From contig NC_134035.1 in NCBI RefSeq assembly GCF_964204645.1, forward strand, positions 7,100,451 through 7,164,450: 64,000 nucleotides of DNA, in the 5' to 3' direction. Positions 20,941-64,000 of the stretch are shown in pieces. Position numbers and translations under genes: made by a program. The notes under the pieces are model-generated. The model saw only the letters and a list, made by a program, of their open reading frames with translations. It was not told the DNA's origin and searched no databases. Source of the DNA: Tubulanus polymorphus (lineage: Eukaryota; Animalia; Nemertea). Numbering within the stretch: position 1 is the stretch's first letter; the number at the start of each line of letters is the position of its first letter.

Positions 20941-22891
20941 GGGGGAAATTCAACGGTTCAACGGAGCGCACTTCCACGGTGTAGCGACAGTGGCGCTGGT
21001 GAAGGTTCAAAACCGTTGATGTTCACGGCGATTGAAACGAACATGTTGCTTGTTGAGGTATTGGCAATTACATGTACCACGATATCAAGTCCAAAAATGG
21101 GTTTATTGTTTTCCGGTAAAAACATCAGTACGCACATTCAGCAGGTCATAACTTCTTTACCTGCCTTTTTAAACCGGTACCCATATTTGGATTTTAAATC
21201 TGTTTTTAGTTTAAAATGCTTCATACATTTGTTTTTGATGAAAATAAAATCCTGCCGGCCTAGCGCGGAATTTCCAAAAATCTGTTTAGAAAAATAATAA
21301 AAAAAACACCTGCCTTCAGAAACAAGGTTATCATTCCTTTCTAGCCTTACTTGTATCATGCGGTAGATTTCTTTGTTTTAATTTAGATTTTTATTGGAGT
21401 GTATATTAACGTTTCTTGTGGATGTAATATTGTTTAAATGCTAAATATAATTCTCTTGTAAATTAATCAGCCTGATATTGATATGTGAAAAGGGGTATCA
21501 ACATCGATGAGTTGTTTGTATTAATTGGATTAGGTAATTAGTTGTGCTCAAAAGTAACTTCAGTGTCAAAACATGTCAGCAGTACTCATACAGTAGTACT
21601 CTCTCCATCATATATAAACAAAAATATTGTTGAGCACACAGTTTTCTAGTTGGAGTTGTAAGATAGAAGTTGAAAATAAATCATCTAAATTCAAGATCAT
21701 GACGTTATTTCAATGACGAGAAAAGGACAAGATATTCACGTCATGACACTAAACACATGTGTTGAAGAACAGCTAATAGTATTTTTTACAATGATGCCAA
21801 GTGTGAAAATCTGAGCTATTCGGCAAAATGCTACAGGGCAAACCGATTTTGTGTCCTCTTCACTATGTTTATTCACAGGTCTGTATTGAGAAGGTTACAC
21901 ACAAGTGATTACCAGTGCATCTTAGGTGGTTAAGATGTTGAGGTGCACGGGCATCTGGGGCATGGTCACCTTGGCATAGCAAAGCCTCTCGGCCGTGACA
22001 TGACCACACGAAAAGAAACAAAATGCAAGATCGATATGATACACATGACATGTCAGATTCAAAAGCTAGTAATTGTTACATCAGAAGTAGATTTGGAACT
22101 GTTTTTTGAAATTTGCCCCCCTCTCGAAAAATTATAGTAAATGTAGTATTATAGTATCTAACTAATGGGTCAAAAAATATAGCGTCGCTGTGAGGCCCAC
22201 AAAAACAGTATCCTTCAAGTGTGTGTTTTATTCATCATCGGTATTTGCTCTTGGAGGTTGACCTATATTCCCAGGTATGTAGATAGAATAAAATCGGACA
22301 GAATGTGTTCTAGTCTACATGGCGCCACAAGACATTCGTCATCAAGCACAAGCGGCTTACTGAAGCGAAAATCACAGTTGGACGGTTGTATGACTTTCAA
22401 TTGAACTAATAGATTCAACTTGTAAAGCGCAGTTTCAATACAAAATGATTTTATTACAAAAAGCACAGCTTTCTTTATTTCGTGAGAAATTTGTACACGA
22501 AAACCTCACGGTGTAAATTTACAAAGCAATATAAAAGGTGACATTTCGTCATTCATTATTATTCAACAATTTTGATCTGTCCATGTTTTAAGATGAAAAA
22601 ATATCTTGTTAAAAGATAACATATTGATCAAATTGCAGGTGTCAATCAGTTACCTGGAACTTCTCAAATTTATGATAGTTGGTTGACTATCACTTTTAAA
22701 GGTCATGGCACACTAATTTTTAGAATTTCCGTTTAACAGTGAAATAAAATCCAGTTAACCCACTGAAACATTTGCCATTTTTATTTTACCAAATCTCATT
22801 AATTTGCTTAAATAAAGATTCAACAAAATGAGGACAGCGCACTTTGTTTCACTCATTGTGTGGTTCAGTGACGTGAGCAAATCTACACTCC

Positions 22892-23086
22892 TTTGGGCAG
22901 CCATACCGGCCAGATATCAGCGTTTCGTCTATTTGACTGTACATGAACTCTGATGATATTACTGTCAAAATGTCTAAATGTTATGTCAAACAGTGTAATG
23001 TTGGTGATTTGATACAAGGGGGCCATACTGCACAGATAGCATAATGCGGTGTTAGATGCTGATTTTGGCGGGAATGGCTGCCCATA
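22892..23086. mobile_element. IS3EU-like MITE (195 bp, 6-bp TSD)
   Basis: Termini TTTGGGCAGCCAT / ATGGCTGCCCATA. Flanks are CACTCC (22886-22891) and CATTCC (23087-23092). Confidence 0.7.
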
Positions 23087-23221
23087 CATTCCACGCATCG
23101 ACTACGTGCATACACATTGAGGCACGTTCTATTCATAAATCATAATGCTCAATATTCACGGAAGTAATATTTCTGACTATAGACGCAGATATCAGTGCGA
23201 GGATCTGCGGAGATATCTTAA

Positions 23222-24894
23222 GGCTGGCTTATGTCGACAAGCAACGCGACGCCTATCGACGACTCCTACCGACGCAACTGAGAGCAACCGCGATCGCAGC
23301 CCAGCTTATGCCGACTGCGCTCCGATTCGCAGCAACTCAAGCCGACTAGCGGGATACGAGATCCTCCCAGTTGCTCCCCGGTTGCGTCGGTTGCGATTAC
23401 TAGCAACTGCAACGGCTCAAATGGTCACGTGATAAGCATTTTGAGAATAAATTTGAATTATTGGGAAATATATTTCTATACAACGTTCTAGCGACATTAT
23501 ATAAAGATGGCCGCTCACACCATAATTCTACCAATTTCGTTTCTAGATCTTCGGTCCAGTCTTCTGCCGTGCTGAAGGTTTGGTTTACGTTTTGAACTCC
23601 TTGAATTTGAAAGTTTATGACTAATTACGAATGACGCTAACTAGCGGTGATAATTTGTACTATGCGGTGTCCTATTGGCTGGAACCCCTGCGCTCAGTTC
23701 CGTCGCGTCGCAGATGAGCTTATGTCGGCTGCGACCGAAAGCAACTGTCCGCCTACCGTAGGCCGGAGTAGAACATGGGGCACCTAGCGCTCAGGATGGT
23801 TAAGGCTGGCTTATGTCGACAAGCAACGCGACGCCTACCGACGCAACTGAGAGCGACCGCGATCGCAGCCCAGCTTATGCCGGTTGCTCCCAGTTGCTTC
23901 CCTGCTTATGTCGGTTGTGATTACTAGCAACTGCAACGGCTCAAATGGCCACGTGATAAGCATTTTGAGAATAAAGTTGAATTATTAGGAAATATATTTC
24001 TATTAGAAAAGCTATTTCTTTAAGACTTTGATCTTTCTGATTCTGTTTTGAATACAACGTGCTAGCGACATCTATAAAGATGGCCGCTCACACCATAATT
24101 CTACCAATTTCGTTTCTAGATCTTCGGTCCAGTCCTCTGCCGTGCTGAAGGTTTGGTTTACGTTTTGAACTACTTGAATTTGAAAGTTTATGACTAATTA
24201 CGAATGACTAACTAGCGGTGATAATTTGTTCTATGTATATGCGGTCTCTCATTGGCTGGAACCCCTGCGCTCAGTTCCGTCGCGTCGCAGATGAGCTTTT
24301 GTCGGCTGCGATCGAAAGCAACTGCCCACCTACCCTAGGCCGGAGTAGAACATGGGCAACTAGCCGGATACGGCTTGCGACGAGTCGGTAGGCATCGCAT
24401 TGCCGTCGCAAGCCGGCTTATGTCGGTACGATAACTGGCAACTGAGGCGACCGCCGATGATCAAGTGATAAGCATTTTGACTATAGATTCGAATTATTTT
24501 GAATTATTGGGAAATATAATTCCAGTAGATAAGCTATTTCTTTAAGATCTTATTCTTTCTGATTCGCTTTTGAATACAATACGCTAGTGACATCATATAA
24601 AGATGGCAGCTCACACCATAATTCTACAAATTTCGTTTCTAGATCTTCAGTCCAATCATTTGCCGTGCTGAAGGTTTGGTTTACGTATGGAACTGCTTGA
24701 ATTTTGAACATGGGCAACTAGCCAGGTACGGCTTGTGACGAGTCGGTAGGCGTCGGGTAGGCGTCGGGTTGCCGTCGCAAGCCGGCTGATGTCGAACCGA
24801 TAGAGCAGCAACTGGCGGCCTCTAGAAGGCCGCTAGTTGCCGCTAATCGGCGATAAACCCAGTTGCGTCGGTAGGCGTCGCGTTGCTTGTCGAC
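23222..24894. mobile_element. Tandem or nested copies of a non-autonomous TIR element (TTAA|GGCTGGCTTATGTCGACAAG...)
   Basis: Left termini after TTAA at 23222 and 23804. A shared internal unit is repeated three times. One truncated right TIR (GGCGTCGCGTTGCTTGTCGAC) ends at 24894. Confidence 0.75.
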
Positions 24895-27327
24895 CTCGCA
24901 CGCTGCACTCAGCTGATGTAGGGTTTGACATCCAATTTTCTTGTTTTAACGAAACTGCTGGTGACCTTAAGCATGTGCAGAGGAAGAATCTACAAGGTCA
25001 ACTGGAAACTGGAACTATCACTAACCTGGTTGACGGGGGAAAGGATTTAGGCCTACCGTGTTGTCGAGTAAAATCTAAATTTCACTCAGCTATATCGTAT
25101 CATAGACACTCCCCCGTGTTACCGTGATATTCGGTATGTGACGCGTCGATATAGTCTTTGTGCAGGTCAGTGTACACGCAGTTCATTTTCGATCAAAAGT
25201 GACATCAGGTGAACCCTGAATGATTGTCTGAGGGTTCCAGGCAGTAGATTGATACATGGATTATACACGTAGTAATTCAGCCATAATAAGATGATGTTCA
25301 GAACTAACAACATTAACAGACTATAAAAATAAATTCTGAATCCATAATCAAAACCATTTCTACAAGTTATACCTAAATAAAAAAAATACACACCCACACA
25401 ATTGGATAATGAGCTTCATCATTAACAGTACCTTACCTTACCATTGGGTGCACATTTGTGGGTTACACTTCAAAGGATGACTCAGAATGCCATATTTGGA
25501 TATTCTGAGGGCCATTTCTATTGGAAGTCAGGTATGAAAACCAAAATACAGTAAAATACAGTAGACTCTTAACTCAAATCACTTGAGGTCAGTGGTTTTG
25601 TTCGAGTCTACTGATAGCTTGAGCTTAACAATGGAAACTTCATAGATATTGGCAAAACTAAGAGATGGATTATCTTAGCAGATTATATACATTTACCATA
25701 CCATTAGTTAGTTACCTAATCGTTGGTGGTAAGCTTTTTTATAATCGGATGGGCTTATACCAACGTTAGGGATGACAAGGGCCAAAACACGGTTGAAAAA
25801 AGTAACACTTCAAAAATATACTTTCTATTCACTTCAGTCCACAATTAATGGCTTAATTCACAAACAAACACAGGTACCTTTCGAAATAATCCAATTTTAT
25901 GTATGTTTCGAGCAATTAATCAACATTATTTTGAGAAATTAATTAATTTCTCCACAAATTTCGCCATTGGCCGCCATTTCTCTGTATTGCATACATGTGG
26001 CATGATAGACAAGGTGACCGACAAGGATTTATATAAAACTTCCAAGACGAAACTACAATTTTTATTTTTGATGGTTTTCCAACATATATTTCAAATCTTC
26101 GTGCTTTCCATGATAAATAATGAAATAATAAATTCTGGATGAAGAAAAATGTGAATAATTGTCAATTTCTTAATTTTTTCAATTTCGTTGTTTCGTTTTG
26201 ATAGTTTGTGCTGTTGTCCTAGCCTCAGTCCACAGGTGCAGCACCCTCCACAAGTTTTCAAAATGGCGCCGTTGAATTGAAGGAAATTTACTCTCATTTT
26301 ACGGCCGATTTTTACATGGATTAAGATCGTCAGGTGAGGTGTTATATGTATCAAACAAACTATGAATCTGTTGTGCGTTGATTACAACAAAAATTAGACG
26401 GATATCTTAAGAGACAATGAAATGCCAGGCAAATTACTTGTCAGTCAAATGACGAAGATTGCATACAAAAATGACCTTCCCATTCCTGACTCGTTTGTGA
26501 AAATATCCGATCGTGAAACTAAACCACAGTCAGTTTACTGACTACCATTCCATATACAACTGTACCGTACATAATGGTGGGAGTTCAAAATTCAAAGACA
26601 TCTAATTGAAGATTAACCCACAAATGTGTCACTCAAAAAATTACATCTCACAAAATTTACAGATCATTATAATACACGACACACATGGAAATTTTACACA
26701 AAAATAAAAATGAAATACTGAGAATTACTCATTACAAGCATTTTTTTCTTTTCTTATCAATATCACGACTATGATTATAGAAATGCAACTATCCAGACCA
26801 GAGATCAAAATAAAAATGACAATGTTACAAATGTTGAAATTCTAAACTGGTATAGGCGTTCTATGGAATGATCAACCCTCATATAACAATGTATTGTAGT
26901 AATAATATTGCTCATTTCAGGTGATTTGCGACTGATAAAATACATCCGGTTTATAAGTCTGGATTAAGCATGATATTTCACATACATTCTATGTATTGAT
27001 GTAGCATTAATATCGGTAATATCTCAATAAAATCAAAGTAGGGATTTATCTGATCTGAATTAGGCAAGCTTTTATGCCACCAGACTAAGTCATTTGTTAC
27101 AATTAACAACTTCGATTTTCGAAGTCTATAGAAAGAAACTAAATTGGTTTGAAGACGCATTTTTTTTGGTTTTACCTTGTGAATCTTTTACATCCACTAA
27201 CCTTCTACAGACCTTGCTTATCGAGCAGAATTGACTATGCTCATTTTCAAAGAAGTAATGGCCTCAAATTATGCAATGTTGCTACTTGGAATCATTCAAT
27301 GATTTGATGTATATTCTGTGCTGAATG

Positions 27328-52030
<24,703 letters not shown>

Positions 52031-52403
52031 TTTGAAAACGCCGCGTTAATCTCGAACAATTACGACGACTATACAGATTCTCGACATTTTCACCAGATAA
52101 AATATCTATCAGATAAATCATCGAACTCGTAAAAACCATTAACCGCCAAAGGGAATGAGACGGACGGTGTCCGTCAAACCATTTATTTCATTTTCAACGA
52201 TGAGATTACAAATACGCCGTGAATCAGTAATCTGAAACCCCATATCCGGTCCAATTTACTTCCTGGTTTTATTATTTTGATTTTGACTGCCGTACTAAAT
52301 AAATACTGGCTCTGGGCTTGTGTCGCTGGAGCGTTGCCCATTCAATTCTGCAGTAGAAGATCGCTGTTTTGAACCGGATTTGAGCAGCAGGCAGTGAGGA
52401 GGC
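52031..52403. promoter_or_regulatory. Bidirectional promoter and 5'UTR region shared by NUP210 and Crk
   Basis: Divergent start codons are 373 bp apart. The region is CpG-rich, with a YY1-type GCCGCCATTTTG overlapping the NUP210 ATG and an ETS-like ACTTCCTG at about 52258. Confidence 0.7.
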
Positions 52404-61919
<9,516 letters not shown>

Positions 61920-62136
61920 GTAAGTTCATATTGTTATCATTTCCAAATATTTGCGAATCTGCTCATTGTTAATTATATTGGATCAGTAGCGGTACGGTTA
62001 ATCTAATGTCTGATAGATAGGCACAAGGAACAATTTAGGTAATTTCATATCGGATATAAAACCCGGCGCATATCTACGCAATCATCATATCATACTCAGG
62101 GATCCCAATCATCCGACTTTAATCAGAATTCCGACT

Positions 62137-62700
62137 TTTTAGCGCGGCTGTGACCGAAGGTCACCAGAGCTGATGGGTTAGGTGGATTATCCGTCGTCGT
62201 CTGTCCATCTGTCAACTTTTGCTTCAATTCGCTACTAGTCCTACAGTTTTAATCAGATCAATTCCAAGTTTAGTATGAATATTCTATTGACCAAGGCCTA
62301 TAAAGTTAGAGCCATTTTTTGGATTCGTCCCCCAGGGGGCGCCCCTGGGGATGGAGTTTCTATTTCTTCAAATCGCTACTAGTACTACAGTTTTAATCCG
62401 ATCAATTCCAAATTTGGTATGAATGTTCTATGGACCTAGGCCTATAAAGTTACCGAGCCATTTTTTAGATTCGTCCACCAGGGGGCGCATCTGGAGATGG
62501 AGTTTCTATTTCTTCAAATTGCTATTAGTCCTACAGTTTTAATCAGATCAAGTCCAAATTGGGTATGAATGTTCTATGGACCAATACCTACAAAGTACAG
62601 AGCCCTTTTTGGATTTGGCCACAAGGCGGCACCCCCTAGGTATGCAGCTTCTATTTCTTCAAATCACACAGCGGAGCTATGTAAGATAGGCTCCTTGTGA
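62137..62700. mobile_element. HINE-like element with about 147-bp tandem repeats, in a Crk intron
   Basis: T-run + hairpin GTGACCGAAGGTCAC, a (GTC/GTCC) microsatellite, then three tandem units (CTTCAAATCGCTACTAGT..CAGTTTTAATC..CCAGGGGGCGC). Confidence 0.65.
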
Positions 62701-63060
62701 AAAATGTTTATGGTCTCTGAGATCGATAAAGATTTGATGTTAAAATAAAGGGGGTTGGGGGTTATGATCAGTTATGACACTTGTGGTGAGTTCCGTAATA
62801 ATCGACTTGCCGTGGCTAGCCTGAGCGTACATCTAGGAAAATTAATGTACTGCGTACTGCTACAACAGTATTGTAGGCGGCCACGCGCTGACACGATATA
62901 CGAAAATAGTGGAACGATGTGGTTTAAACGATAGCATTCATACACGCGCCACACGCCAGTGAGCAGCGTCTATACATAGCTGATCACTAGAGTATATATA
63001 GAGTATATACCTGCGTGCACGTGGTCTATTGATTATTGATTTCCGATTTTTTGGTAACTA

Positions 63061-63777
63061 CAGGGTTCGTCGCGGGCAGTGAAAGCAGTGAATAGCAGCG
63101 AATTGAAAAAAATCTATTCACGGCTGTTAATAGCAGTGAATATTTTAGAAAGGCAGTGGAAATGGGAAAGGGGGCAGTGAATTCGGAAATGTGTTCAATT
63201 TTGTCTGAGATTGGCAATTTTGAAATGTCACGAGAAATATACCGACGATGTCATGCCGACGGCAATTCAATTTCATTTTATTCATTGGTGTTGTGACCAT
63301 CGACGTGACAGCCAATTCAATTCAATTTTATTCACGAGTTTTCATTTTTATGGTTGCCATGGCTACCAGGTCCAGGCACCTGTTTCACAAAATTGCAAAT
63401 GGCGGTGGTTTGCGTTCAGATTTTTTATAAATCTCTGGCCCGTTACACTATGGAAAAATGGGAAAATGTACATCGCAAGATTCATCAAGCTTCATCATCC
63501 GGAGTACCGTAGCTGGATTGAACGTGTTCCGAATTGTATTCATAAGTTTAGATGTAGAATTTGCATGAAATCGAACGAACTTGGAGCCGGTGGAAGTATT
63601 ATGCGAATATACCTAGTTGGTGCTTTTTGGTTCTTCAGCGGGTGTTTGATTGTTTTGGCTCTATCCGTAGTCTTTTGGTAACATGTCTTTACTAGGTAGC
63701 CAAATGGCAGTGAATTTGACTTTTCATTGGCAGTGAATAGCAGTGAATTTTTGTCAGCAGTGACACAATGAACCCTG
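63061..63777 (+). mobile_element. Internally deleted DNA transposon with CAGGGTTC..GAACCCTG termini and 6-bp TSD
   Basis: TAACTA on both sides (63055-63060, 63778-63783). Subterminal GCAGTGAA repeats. Residual zinc-finger-like peptide YRSWIERVP...KFRCRICMKS.ELG.GG. Confidence 0.8.
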
Positions 63778-64000
63778 TAACTATTGTTGGGATCCCTGCA
63801 TACTTACATCGTATGATTGTCCATAATGAACCAATCCTCTGTACAAAATCACACCAGTGATGAAAAGCTCCCAGCTCCATTTCATCTTGCATTCTGATTA
63901 GCAACCAATTTTCGTGCAGACAATCTGCAGCGTAGTCCATGCTGCCATAACGATTTCTACACACATTGCATGCATAAATGTAAAACATATTTGATTTGGA

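Noticed and set aside
21870-22410. Exon-like segments with splice-like signals
   Set aside because: No frame gives a recognisable protein, and phases could not be linked.
63211-63681. 156-aa ORF as a host gene
   Set aside because: It lies wholly inside the 6-bp-TSD transposon and starts at TTG. Only about 30 aa look like a transposase remnant.

Overview
AT-rich, intron-rich animal genomic DNA, probably from a marine invertebrate (the repeat landscape looks lophotrochozoan; this is an inference). Prokaryotic-style reading of the ORF track is misleading because most real genes here are spliced. Host genes reconstructed by hand from splice sites and reading-frame phase: (1) two tandem four-TM MS4A/CD20-like paralogs (4603-5160; 6825-7679); (2) a 4-exon divergent paired-like Q50 homeobox gene with eh1 and OAR motifs (minus strand, 14764-18373); (3) a complete, about 40-exon NUP210/gp210 gene (minus strand, 27328-52030) containing a U12-type GT-AG intron; (4) Crk (plus strand, from 52404, running past the last exon I can find at 61919), head-to-head with NUP210 across 373 bp. 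The rest is densely nested mobile DNA: a dead PIF/Harbinger element interrupted by a 1.76-kb foldback element; three families of TAYGG-ended (IS3EU-like) MITEs, one of which received a full-length CR1-group LINE and forms a head-to-tail array of truncated copies inside the homeobox intron; CA..TG elements with 5-bp and 6-bp TSDs; Helentron-associated (HINE-like) elements carrying CTCF-like motifs; and an internally deleted PHD-ORF1 LINE. I found no clearly new multi-gene system. The best candidates for novelty are the divergent homeobox gene, the IS3EU-like MITE/LINE complex and the MS4A-like pair.
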